Assembly: GCA_002788395.1 (NCBI GenBank)
Contig: PFRF01000002.1
Coordinates: 1-46,292, forward strand
DNA from: Candidatus Levybacteria bacterium CG_4_9_14_0_2_um_filter_35_21
Lineage (GTDB): Bacteria; Patescibacteriota; Microgenomatia; Levybacterales; UBA12049
DNA: 46,292 nt
Direction: 5' to 3'
This document shows, piece by piece, positions 25,793-38,032 of this stretch (the stretch's first letter is position 1; every line of letters begins with the position of its first letter). The position numbers were made by a program, and so were the translations under genes. The notes under the pieces are model-generated. The model saw only the letters and a program-made list of their open reading frames with translations, made no database searches and had not been told where the DNA came from.

Positions 25793-26486
25793 CTTTAATT
25801 GTTTTTTCTGTTTTATTTCCTGCCTGGTCCGTTGCAACGATACCGATTTGATTTTCTCCATTTTTTAAAGGTAATTCGTAAGAAAAATTATTATTATCAT
25901 CTATTATTGCCCAGAAATTATTTACAGTAACTGTAACACCGGGATCTGTTTTTCCTGAAACATTAGTTTTGTTTTGATCTTTAGAATAAGATTCTCCATC
26001 AGCAGGGGAGGAGATAGTTAAGGTTGGTGCGGACTTAATATATGTAACAGATACGGTATTTGAAAATTCGCTCTGTTTACCGGTAATTTCCGATTTTGAT
26101 CTTATGGAGTTATTTCCTTCGGAAAGAATAACCTTAAAAGAAAAACTACCATCTTCTTGTGAATCTAAACTATCCTGTTCTTCGTCGTTAACGAAAACTT
26201 TAATATTAGATTTTTTAGGAGTTTTCCCGTTAATTATTAAAGCAGAACTGTTAGTAGCAGTAAATTGAGATTCTATAATTGGAGGAGAAATAAATTGTAC
26301 TTCATTTTTAACAACTGTTTTATCGTTGTATTTAATTCCAGATAGAAAGAGTGCGAAATTTGCTAATGCGGGAATTCCAAATCTAACAAGTAAAAATAGC
26401 ACAATGGAAATTCCAATAATACCAAAAAAAAAGTTTTTTTGAGTTTTTCTTTCTAGCCTTTTCTTTAATCTCGAATTTCTTTTCAT
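25776..26486 (-). CDS. Membrane-anchored protein with two Ig-like (Big-type) extracytoplasmic domains
   Basis: Basic N-terminus, one TM segment, then two beta-rich repeats ending ...NSIRSKS... and ...GENQIGIVATDQAGNKTEKTIKVNY. Confidence 0.6.
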   Translation of the reverse strand: MKRNSRLKKRLERKTQKNFFFGIIGISIVLFLLVRFGIPALANFALFLSGIKYNDKTVVKNEVQFISPPIIESQFTATNSSALIINGKTPKKSNIKVFVNDEEQDSLDSQEDGSFSFKVILSEGNNSIRSKSEITGKQSEFSNTVSVTYIKSAPTLTISSPADGESYSKDQNKTNVSGKTDPGVTVTVNNFWAIIDDNNNFSYELPLKNGENQIGIVATDQAGNKTEKTIKVNYSQ

Positions 26487-26499
26487 ATGTTTACCCCTG

Positions 26500-26571
26500 A
26501 GCCAACGGTGAGAGTCGAACTCACGGCCTGCTGTTTACGAAACAGCTGCTCTACCACTGAGCTACGTTGGC
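26500..26571 (-). tRNA. tRNA-Thr (anticodon CGT), 72 nt, no encoded CCA
   Basis: The minus strand reads GCCAACG-TA-GCTC-AGTGGTA-GAGC-A-GCTGT-TTCGTAA-ACAGC-AGGCC-GTGAG-TTCGACT-CTCAC-CGTTGGC-T, a full cloverleaf folded by hand. Confidence 0.9.
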
Positions 26572-26677
26572 AAGCGGGCAGGTCTGCCTCTGACCCCGAC
26601 TGAGTAGGAGCTAAGCGACATTTGCAACAGCCTAACTGTAATTGTATGAAATTAAACATTAAAGAGCAAGAATCCCG

Positions 26678-27094
26678 CTAGGAAGTTTTTCTTTTTCCTC
26701 GTTTTGAAGCAACATGAAGCTGTAAGAGGGCTTTTTGTAGTTCTGCTTCGGCAACTCTGAATTCTTTTTCGCTAGCCTTGTCTTTCATCATATTCTCAGC
26801 CTTTTTTTGAGCTTCTTGAATCTTTGCTATTTCAATGTCTTCTGCTCTTATTGCATAATCGGCAAGCAGATTAAGATTGTTGTTATTAATTTCCAAAAAT
26901 CCACCTGTTATAGCAAGAAAGTGTTCCTGATTATCCTTCTTTACAATCATTTCGCAAGGCAATACTTTAGTTAGTAAATTTACATGTCCCGGTAGGATTG
27001 AAATCTGACCGTTATCTGTTTTAACAGTAACTTCACTAACATCATCCTTATAAACAATCTTTTCCGGGGTAATTATTTCTAAATGAAGATTCAT
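26678..27094 (-). CDS. atpC: F1 ATP synthase epsilon subunit
   Basis: Operon position and N-terminal LEIITPEK...V..V. ..G..GILPGH-type pattern (ISILPGHVNLLT). Confidence 0.9.
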   Translation of the reverse strand: MNLHLEIITPEKIVYKDDVSEVTVKTDNGQISILPGHVNLLTKVLPCEMIVKKDNQEHFLAITGGFLEINNNNLNLLADYAIRAEDIEIAKIQEAQKKAENMMKDKASEKEFRVAEAELQKALLQLHVASKRGKRKTS

Positions 27095-27099
27095 TCTAA

Positions 27100-29356
<2,257 letters not shown>

Positions 29357-29357
29357 A

Positions 29358-30881
29358 TTAAGCGCTAAATCCTTTCTTAAATTCCTGTGTGGCCTTCTGC
29401 ATTTGTTTTAGAATATCATCACTAGGTTTATTTCCTGTAGAAAGTTCATCGATTAGCTTCTGATGATTTAATTTCATATATGCATGGTATTCTGTTTCAA
29501 ATTTCTGAATAGATTCAACCGGTATATCATCGGTTTGACCACTTGTTACAGACCAAATACTTAAATATTCAAACGCCTCAGCTAGCGGTTGATATTGTGG
29601 TTGTTTAAGAATTTCTATTGTTCTTTTTCCTCTTTCCAGTTGAGCCATGGTTGCCGTGTCCAGTTCACTTCCAAATTGAGCAAAAGCGGCTAAATCGTTA
29701 TATTGGGCAATTTCCAGTCTCATTTTTCCCGAAATAGATTTAATTGCAGATGTTTGGGCAGACCCGCCTACGCGTGATACGGATGAGCTTACATTTACAG
29801 CCGGTCGATTCCCTGCGTTAAAAAGGTCTCCTTGAAGATAAATTTGTCCATCGGTAATAGAAATTACATTGGTTGGAATATATGCAGACATGTCGTTTGC
29901 CTGAGTTTCTATTATCGGTAGGGCGGTGATGGAACCTCCGCCATTTTGTTTATTTAATTTTACCGCTCTTTCCAGAAGTCTACTGTGAAGATAAAATATG
30001 TCTCCGGGATATGCTTCTCTTCCTGCAGGTCTTTTTAAGACTAAGGAAACTTCTCTGTACGCCCATGCATGTTTTGTAAGATCATCATATACTATCAAAA
30101 CATCTTTCCCCTGTTCCATAAAATATTCGGCGATTGCCGATCCTGCATAGGGAGCCAAGTATTGAAGTGCAGCAGAGTCCGAAGCACTTGAATTAACAAC
30201 AATGGTATAACTTAAAGCATCCTTTTCTTTAAGTTTTTCGACGATCTGAGCTATTCGGCTTTGTTTTTGTCCTATCGCAACGTAAATACAGATTACAGTA
30301 TTTAGTTCTTTTGTTTTTCCAACTCTTTGATTAATAATCGTGTCGATTGCAATTGCGGTTTTACCAAGACCACGATCTCCAATTATTAATTCTCTTTGAC
30401 CTCTGCCAATTGGGATCATGGAATCTATAGCTTTAATTCCTGTTTTTAAAGGTTTATCTACAGGTTCTCTTTCTACAACACCTGCCGCAATTCTTTCAAG
30501 AGGCATATCTTTGCCTTTTTTAATCTTTGCTTTTGCATCGAGCGGTTCTCCAAGTGGATTAACAATTCTTCCTAATAGATCTTCGGAAGCATTTATAGAA
30601 AGTAATTTACCGGTTGTTTTAACTTCTTCGCCTTCTTTAATATGTCTACCTTTACCAAGTAAAATAATAGAAACGTAGTCTTCCTCAAGGTTCAAGATCA
30701 TTCCTTGAGTTCCATCGGCAAAAGAAACCAGCTCTCCCATGAATGCCTTGGATAGACCTGAGGCAATTATAACGCCGTCGGTATTTTTTTCTACAGTTCC
30801 TATATTTTGAACTTTTTGGTCAAGATTAAAGGTCGTTAACCTTTTTTCTAGCTGTTTTATAATTTCTTCGCTATTAATCAT
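29358..30881 (-). CDS. atpA: F1 ATP synthase alpha subunit
   Basis: GDRGLGKTAIA P-loop and YDDLTKHA. Confidence 0.97.
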   Translation of the reverse strand: MINSEEIIKQLEKRLTTFNLDQKVQNIGTVEKNTDGVIIASGLSKAFMGELVSFADGTQGMILNLEEDYVSIILLGKGRHIKEGEEVKTTGKLLSINASEDLLGRIVNPLGEPLDAKAKIKKGKDMPLERIAAGVVEREPVDKPLKTGIKAIDSMIPIGRGQRELIIGDRGLGKTAIAIDTIINQRVGKTKELNTVICIYVAIGQKQSRIAQIVEKLKEKDALSYTIVVNSSASDSAALQYLAPYAGSAIAEYFMEQGKDVLIVYDDLTKHAWAYREVSLVLKRPAGREAYPGDIFYLHSRLLERAVKLNKQNGGGSITALPIIETQANDMSAYIPTNVISITDGQIYLQGDLFNAGNRPAVNVSSSVSRVGGSAQTSAIKSISGKMRLEIAQYNDLAAFAQFGSELDTATMAQLERGKRTIEILKQPQYQPLAEAFEYLSIWSVTSGQTDDIPVESIQKFETEYHAYMKLNHQKLIDELSTGNKPSDDILKQMQKATQEFKKGFSA

Positions 30882-31239
30882 ATTGTCCTAATAAATAATC
30901 ATCAATTCTGGCAAATGTATCTCTAAGACTCAGTTCATAAATGAGATCATTATTAATAATTTTTAACCCAACAATTAACGATGGATCTGTCTGAATGGCT
31001 ATATTTTTTTCTTTAAATAATTCTTTAAATTTTTTCTCAATATTTTGTTTATTATTTAATTTTGTTCCCGGTACTATAACGGTTACTGTTTTCTGTTTTT
31101 CTATGCTTTTTAGTGTCCTAAGATATCTTTTTAAATCTTCTCTTGTAAGACAATCCGCGATTCTTGTGACGTTCTTACCTATAAGGTCGCCTTTTGAATA
31201 GCTAGCACCAGCTAATAATTTTATTTGCTTTTTTGTCAT
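30874..31239 (-). CDS. atpH: F1 ATP synthase delta (OSCP) subunit, unusually short at 121 aa
   Basis: It sits between atpF and atpA. The C-terminal pattern DPSLIVGLKIINNDLIYELSLRDTFARI is delta-like. The atpF stop lies 2 nt upstream, so the gene cannot be longer. Confidence 0.75.
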   Translation of the reverse strand: MTKKQIKLLAGASYSKGDLIGKNVTRIADCLTREDLKRYLRTLKSIEKQKTVTVIVPGTKLNNKQNIEKKFKELFKEKNIAIQTDPSLIVGLKIINNDLIYELSLRDTFARIDDYLLGQYD

Positions 31240-31240
31240 C

Positions 31241-31738
31241 TTATTTTACTATTTCTTTTATTGCTCTATCAATAAGTTTCGCTTCTTCCTTATCGGAAAA
31301 AGTTTCTTTTAATGATTTTTTTAAAATGTCGATAGACAATTTATTTACACTTGCCATAAGCTTTTTTTCCGCAAGTTTTACTTCTTCACCCATTTGTTTT
31401 CTGCCTTCATCGAAAATCTTTTCGGATTGAATTCTGGATTTTTCTTCTATCTTTTTTGCAACTAAAATGGATTGAATTTTTGCATCATCAACAATTTTTC
31501 TTGCTTGATCCTGGGCTTTTTTAAGAATCTTTTTTTCTTCTTCCAAAGCCTTTTCAAATTCCAGCTTGCTATTTTCCGCCTGTTTTAGTCCTTCCTTAAT
31601 TAAATTCTCTCGTTTTTTTAAGGTATCTAAAACAGGTTTATATAAAAACTTTTTGAGTATAAAAAGAATAATTAAGAAATTGACTATTTGGGCGATAAGC
31701 AAAACCGGCTCAATACCAAAATTTTTAATAATTTCCAT
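31241..31738 (-). CDS. atpF: Fo ATP synthase b subunit
   Basis: A single N-terminal TM segment, then a long charged helix. Operon position fits. Confidence 0.85.
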   Translation of the reverse strand: MEIIKNFGIEPVLLIAQIVNFLIILFILKKFLYKPVLDTLKKRENLIKEGLKQAENSKLEFEKALEEEKKILKKAQDQARKIVDDAKIQSILVAKKIEEKSRIQSEKIFDEGRKQMGEEVKLAEKKLMASVNKLSIDILKKSLKETFSDKEEAKLIDRAIKEIVK

Positions 31739-31741
31739 AAG

Positions 31742-32694
<953 letters not shown>

Positions 32695-32728
32695 TACCCT
32701 TATATTTTATAGGCTAAATGATTTATAG

Positions 32729-35700
32729 TCAAGCAGAAAAATGGTTTTTTGAGATTTTTTCCACAATAATTATTGGTTTATCATTTTTTGAATCTATTTT
32801 GCCGTCGATTATTATTACAGTATCTTTAACAAGTAAATATTTATATTGATCAAATATCTTTGGAAACACGATGCATTCGACTGTTTTTCCTATTTCGTTG
32901 CTTATATTAATAAAAGCCATTTCGCTATTGTTTTTTTTAGTAAAAATTCTTTTAATGCTTTCAATTATTCCGCCAATTTTAATTTTTGTTCCTTCTTTTT
33001 CTTCTTCCAGATGGTCCAGCTCATGAGTAATTAAATTCTTAATATCAAGCAAATTATGAATTTGAGGGTGGGAGGTTAGATAAAAACCTAAAAATTCTTT
33101 TTCGAATGCTAACTTTTCGTCATCCGAAAAATCCTTAACTGCGCTATTGTCCCGTTGCAAACTCATACTAACAGGGGAATTATTGTCGCCAAAAAGGCTT
33201 TCTTGTCCTTCGTGCTGATTTTTCTTGGTTTTATGGGTTGTGTCTACGGTGTCGGAATAATCCAATAAGAGTTTGGCTCTATTACCAAATTTATCCATAG
33301 TGCCTGCCTTAATTAAGCTTTCCACAGTTTTTTTATTAACCGCTCCTAAGTCCACCCGCATACAAAAATCTTGGAGAGATTTAAAATTACCTTTTTTTCT
33401 TGCAGAGATAATGGTAGATATTGCTGCTTCCCCTACGTTTTTAATTGCAGAAAGACCAAATCTAATTCGAGTATTATCTTCAATTATGAATTCCGAACCG
33501 GATTCGTTGATATTTGGAGGAAGAACAAGAATGTCGAGTCTTTTGCACTCTGCTACGGCCTGAGCAAGCTTTTCATTTTTTGTAGGACCTGTACTTCCTC
33601 TGGATTCTGCAGTTAGCAGTGCAGTCATAAATTCAACAGCAAAATGAGCTTTTAAATATGCGGTTCTAAAAGCAATGGTTGCATAACAAGCAGCATGAGC
33701 CTTGCCAAATCCGTATCCGGCGAAAGGCTCGAATAATGTCCATAGATGTTCTGAGTTTTTTTTAGTCATTCCATTTGTTATGCAACCATTTACAAACTTA
33801 TCGTGTTGTTTCTTCATTTCGGAAGAAATTTTCTTGCCAACAGCTTTTCTTAATTTATCTGCCTCAAGCCATGAATATCCTGCAACATTGATGGCGGTAA
33901 GGAGCAAATCGTCCTGAAAAGTAATTATTCCGTAAGATTCTTTTAGGACATCTTTAAGTCGAGGATCCGGATAAGAAATCAATTTCGGATTATGCTTTCT
34001 TTTTATAAATTCGGGGATATTTGCCATAGGTCCGGGTCGGTAAAGGGCAACCATTGCTTGTAAATCAAAAATTGTTGTTGGCTTTAGTTCTTTAATATAG
34101 CGTCTCATTCCCGGAGATTCGAGCTGAAAAATACCGGTTGTTTCGCCCGAAGATAGCAGTTTATACGTCTTTGGATCATCAAATGATATCTTAGAAAAAT
34201 CAATTGTTTTATCTTGGTTAGCCTTTATAAATTTTAGGGCTTCTTGAATAATTGTTAAATTTCTTAAACCTAAGAAGTCAATTTTAAGAAGTCCGACACC
34301 GTCTTCGCCGACAGTATACATGTCATATTGAGTAATAATCCTTTCTCCGTTTGACTCTTTTTGTAGTGGGACATACTCGGTAAGACTTTTATCGGCAATA
34401 ACAACGCCTGCCGCATGAACAGAAGCATGTCTTACGACTCCTTCTACTTTTCTAGCCAAATCAAGCAATCTTTTGGTTTCCGATTCTATAGTATAGGCAA
34501 TTTTTAGCTCCGGACTCTGTTCAAGTGCCCTGTCTATTGTCATTGCTTGCCCCTGCCATCCCATCGGAATCATTTTAGAAATTCTGTCAGGTCCGGAGTA
34601 CGGCATCCCCAGTGCACGACCTGTATCTCTAACAGATCCACGTGCTTCCATAGTTCCAAAGGTAATAATTTGCGCAACCTTATCTACTCCATATTTTTCG
34701 GTAACATATTGGATTACTTCGTCTCTTCTATTGTCGGCAAAATCAAGATCAATGTCCGGTGGGGAAGGTCGCATTGGATTTAGAAACCGTTCAAAAGGCA
34801 GTTTAAAGAATAAAGGATCAACGTCGGAGATCCCAAGCGCATAAGAAACAATAGAGCCGGCATTTGAACCCCTTCCCGGTCCAACCGTAATTCCTTTTGA
34901 TTTAGCCCAGTTAACAAAGTCGGCAACGATTAAAATATATGTTTCGTAACCTTTTTTTAAAATTGTGGAAAGCTCATAGTCTGTTCTCTCTTGAATTTCC
35001 AGACTAATTTTTCCGTACCTATTAAGTAGTCCCTCATTAACTTTAAGTTGAATATATTCGGCAGGTTTTTTTCCTCCCGGAACATCAAAAACCGGCATAA
35101 TCCATTTTCCAAGTTGAATTTCCAAATTACACATATCCGCAATTTTTACCGTATTAGTAATTGCGTCTGGTGTTTGAATAAAAAGCCCCATCATTTCCTC
35201 GGAATCCCTTACGTAATGATCAGGGGAATTAAGCATTGTCAATTTTCTATTTTGATCACTTAGGGTAGTTTGTGTTTGGATACAGAGTAGCGCTTCCTGG
35301 GCTTCTGCGTCCTGTTTATAAATGTAATGATTATCATTTGTGGCGACTAGAGGTAAAGCCAATTTTTGGGCAAGTTTAATAAGTCTTTCGTTTACTACGT
35401 CTTGATCGTTATTGTTAATATGTTTTTGAATTTCAATATAAAAATGATCAGGCCCGAATATCTCCGATAATTTTTTTGCCCTTTTTAAAGCAGTTTCTTC
35501 TTGTCCATGGAGCAGGGGATCTGCCACAAAACCATTAACGCATCCGCTTAAACAAATTAAGCCCTCGCTATATTCTTTTAATAGCTCTATATCACATCTT
35601 GGTTTGTAATAATAACCTTCCAGATTTGCAATAGATACTATTCTCATTAAATTTTTGTATCCAATTCGGTTTTTTGCAAGAAGTATTAAATGGTTGTAGT

Positions 35701-35953
35701 TAGAATCAATTCCTGTTTCCTTATTGTGTCTGGTTCTTTGTGCCATGTAGACTTCGCAACCTATTATTGGTTTTATACCCTCTTCGATGCAGGCATTATA
35801 AAAATAAATTGCTCCATACATATTGCCATGATCGGTAATGGCAATTGCTTTCATACCAAGTTCTCCGGCCCGTTTTGCCAAAAGTTTAATTTTAGCCAGT
35901 CCGTCCAAAAGGGAAAATTCCGTATGATTATGAAGATGTACAAAATCAACCAT
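32729..35953 (-). CDS. dnaE: DNA polymerase III alpha subunit
   Basis: PHP N-terminus FVHLHNHTEFSLLDG, PDIDLDF, and an OB-fold tail. 1074 aa. Confidence 0.97.
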   Translation of the reverse strand: MVDFVHLHNHTEFSLLDGLAKIKLLAKRAGELGMKAIAITDHGNMYGAIYFYNACIEEGIKPIIGCEVYMAQRTRHNKETGIDSNYNHLILLAKNRIGYKNLMRIVSIANLEGYYYKPRCDIELLKEYSEGLICLSGCVNGFVADPLLHGQEETALKRAKKLSEIFGPDHFYIEIQKHINNNDQDVVNERLIKLAQKLALPLVATNDNHYIYKQDAEAQEALLCIQTQTTLSDQNRKLTMLNSPDHYVRDSEEMMGLFIQTPDAITNTVKIADMCNLEIQLGKWIMPVFDVPGGKKPAEYIQLKVNEGLLNRYGKISLEIQERTDYELSTILKKGYETYILIVADFVNWAKSKGITVGPGRGSNAGSIVSYALGISDVDPLFFKLPFERFLNPMRPSPPDIDLDFADNRRDEVIQYVTEKYGVDKVAQIITFGTMEARGSVRDTGRALGMPYSGPDRISKMIPMGWQGQAMTIDRALEQSPELKIAYTIESETKRLLDLARKVEGVVRHASVHAAGVVIADKSLTEYVPLQKESNGERIITQYDMYTVGEDGVGLLKIDFLGLRNLTIIQEALKFIKANQDKTIDFSKISFDDPKTYKLLSSGETTGIFQLESPGMRRYIKELKPTTIFDLQAMVALYRPGPMANIPEFIKRKHNPKLISYPDPRLKDVLKESYGIITFQDDLLLTAINVAGYSWLEADKLRKAVGKKISSEMKKQHDKFVNGCITNGMTKKNSEHLWTLFEPFAGYGFGKAHAACYATIAFRTAYLKAHFAVEFMTALLTAESRGSTGPTKNEKLAQAVAECKRLDILVLPPNINESGSEFIIEDNTRIRFGLSAIKNVGEAAISTIISARKKGNFKSLQDFCMRVDLGAVNKKTVESLIKAGTMDKFGNRAKLLLDYSDTVDTTHKTKKNQHEGQESLFGDNNSPVSMSLQRDNSAVKDFSDDEKLAFEKEFLGFYLTSHPQIHNLLDIKNLITHELDHLEEEKEGTKIKIGGIIESIKRIFTKKNNSEMAFINISNEIGKTVECIVFPKIFDQYKYLLVKDTVIIIDGKIDSKNDKPIIIVEKISKNHFSA

Positions 35954-36701
35954 TATTTACTAAATTTCTAAAATTAATAGAGCCCTCAGGAGTGTTAATG
36001 CCCAAGGCTACGAAATTTTTTCCGCTCCGCTTTACATAATGAGCCGCTTCATTAGCTCTTTTTAAAAAAGATTTCGGACTATCTGAAGGGTCAAATTTTG
36101 CAACTCCGAAAGTAAGAGTTATGCTATTGGGTACTTCTTTCGGATCTAAATTTTCTGTTACGTGAGGTAAAGTCGTTAGTACCCGGTTGCCTTCTTCTCT
36201 AATTTGTTCTTGATATCTTATAATCATTACCCTTAAGTCTTCTTCCGTTGCTTCTCTGTTAATTAACTGTCCAAATTCATCTCCTCCCAGTCTAGCAATT
36301 GATTCATCTTCTCTAAAGGGAAGTTTTGCAATTTGCTGAAGAATAACATCTCCTCCTGAGTGCCCAAATGCCGTATTATATTTTTTGAAATCATCGTAAT
36401 CAATATATATCAAAAACAACGGTTTATTCGTCCTGCGGGAAGATGCCATTTTTGTTTCCATTTCTTGCATAAACCATCTTCTGTTTTTAAGTCCGGTAAG
36501 AGAGTCTTCGAGGGCATGTTCCTCTAGTTCTTCAACCTTTCTCTGCATTTGTAGTGAGGCAAATGCAGCCGCTCTTCTTGTTAGCCTTCTTGTTTTTGCG
36601 TCTCCCCCAATTTTTTCTTCAACCTTTTTTACAATCGGTCTTACTTTTCTGTATTCGCTTAGTTTTACAGTTGGTATTACCTCTTGTTCTGTATCATTCA
36701 T
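35946..36701 (-). CDS. Stand-alone GGDEF-domain protein (diguanylate cyclase candidate), 251 aa
   Basis: DSLTGLKNRRWF, IDYDDFKKYNTAFGHSGGDVIL and ARLGGDEFG. The start overlaps the gatB stop (ATGA). The stop overlaps the dnaE start by 8 nt (ATGGTTGA). Confidence 0.85.
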   Translation of the reverse strand: MNDTEQEVIPTVKLSEYRKVRPIVKKVEEKIGGDAKTRRLTRRAAAFASLQMQRKVEELEEHALEDSLTGLKNRRWFMQEMETKMASSRRTNKPLFLIYIDYDDFKKYNTAFGHSGGDVILQQIAKLPFREDESIARLGGDEFGQLINREATEEDLRVMIIRYQEQIREEGNRVLTTLPHVTENLDPKEVPNSITLTFGVAKFDPSDSPKSFLKRANEAAHYVKRSGKNFVALGINTPEGSINFRNLVNNG

Positions 36702-38032
36702 TGTTTACTTAACTCCTTTTGCAATAAATTTTTAATAATTAATGTATCGATTGGCTGAGCAGTTTCTTTTCTTACAAGACCGATTAAGAATCCGATAACT
36801 TGTATTTTACCACTTCTATAGTCTTTTACTGCTTTTTCATTCTCTCTTAGAACCTTTTTAATAGCTTCTTCTAATTCTTTTTTATCGACCTTTGTAAACT
36901 GGAATTTTGCCTGGATTTGGCCGGCTAAGACTTCTGGTGATATTTCATCTATGTTTACTTTTTTATTGATTATTTCGTTAGCTATTTGTTTGGGGTTTAA
37001 GTTTTTTGCTTTTCCTGTTTTTACTGTTTTTTCAAAATAATCTGCTAATTCAATTTCTCTAGTTAAAATTTCCGCATCATAAAGTGTTAATTTAAATTCA
37101 GATTGAAACCGGTAAAGTTTCTGCTCAGGAAGTTCCGGTAATCCATTTTTTAATTCATTAATATAACTCTGCTCAAATCTAAAAGGTGGTAAATCAGGTT
37201 CCGGAAAGTATCTATAATCGTTTGCTTCTTCTTTACTTCTTTGAGATTGTGTAATTTGTTTCTTTTCATTCCAACCTCGGGTTTCTTGCTTTGGGGTTTC
37301 TCCAATTTCCAGTAACTCTTCTTGTCTTTTTAACTCGTAATTTATTGCTTTTTCTACAAACCTAAAGGAATTAATATTTTTAACCTCGACTTTGTATCTA
37401 GGCAGTTCTTGATCACCCGAAAGCTTAAGCGATATATTTGGTTCTAATCTCATATCACCCTTTTCCATGTCGGCGTTAGAAACATCCAAATATCTAACAA
37501 TTTGCTGTAGTTTTTTTAGATAGTTTATAACTTCGCCGGCTGATTCAAAATCCGGATCCGTAACTATCTCTACCAAAGGAACACCACTTCTGTTAAAGTC
37601 GATTAAGCTTACGTTTTTTTCATTTACTATGTCGTGAATTAGTTTTCCGGTGTCCTCTTCCTGATGAACTCTGGTAATTCCAATTGTTTTAGTATTGTTC
37701 CCAGATCTAATGCTAATTGATCCTTTTTCACAAAATGGCTTATCGTATTGAGAAATTTGATAACCCTTTGGCAAGTCGGGATAGAAATAATTTTTCCTGT
37801 CAAACTTGGATAATAAAGAAATCTTACAATCTAAAGCAAGACCGATTTTAATGCACCACTCGATTGCTGTTTTATTTGCGACCGGAAGTGCCCCCGGGAG
37901 TCCGAGGCAGACGGGACATGTATGTGTGTTAGGTTCCTTACCAAAATAATCTGCAGAGCACCCGCAGAACATTTTTGATTCTGTTTTTAACTCTACATGA
38001 ACTTCTAATCCAATTACCGGTATATATTTCAT
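36698..38032 (-). CDS. gatB: Asp/Glu-tRNA amidotransferase subunit B
   Basis: PVIGLEVHVEL...CGC...CPVCLGLPGALP. The C-terminal part is YqeY-like. Confidence 0.96.
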   Translation of the reverse strand: MKYIPVIGLEVHVELKTESKMFCGCSADYFGKEPNTHTCPVCLGLPGALPVANKTAIEWCIKIGLALDCKISLLSKFDRKNYFYPDLPKGYQISQYDKPFCEKGSISIRSGNNTKTIGITRVHQEEDTGKLIHDIVNEKNVSLIDFNRSGVPLVEIVTDPDFESAGEVINYLKKLQQIVRYLDVSNADMEKGDMRLEPNISLKLSGDQELPRYKVEVKNINSFRFVEKAINYELKRQEELLEIGETPKQETRGWNEKKQITQSQRSKEEANDYRYFPEPDLPPFRFEQSYINELKNGLPELPEQKLYRFQSEFKLTLYDAEILTREIELADYFEKTVKTGKAKNLNPKQIANEIINKKVNIDEISPEVLAGQIQAKFQFTKVDKKELEEAIKKVLRENEKAVKDYRSGKIQVIGFLIGLVRKETAQPIDTLIIKNLLQKELSKQ

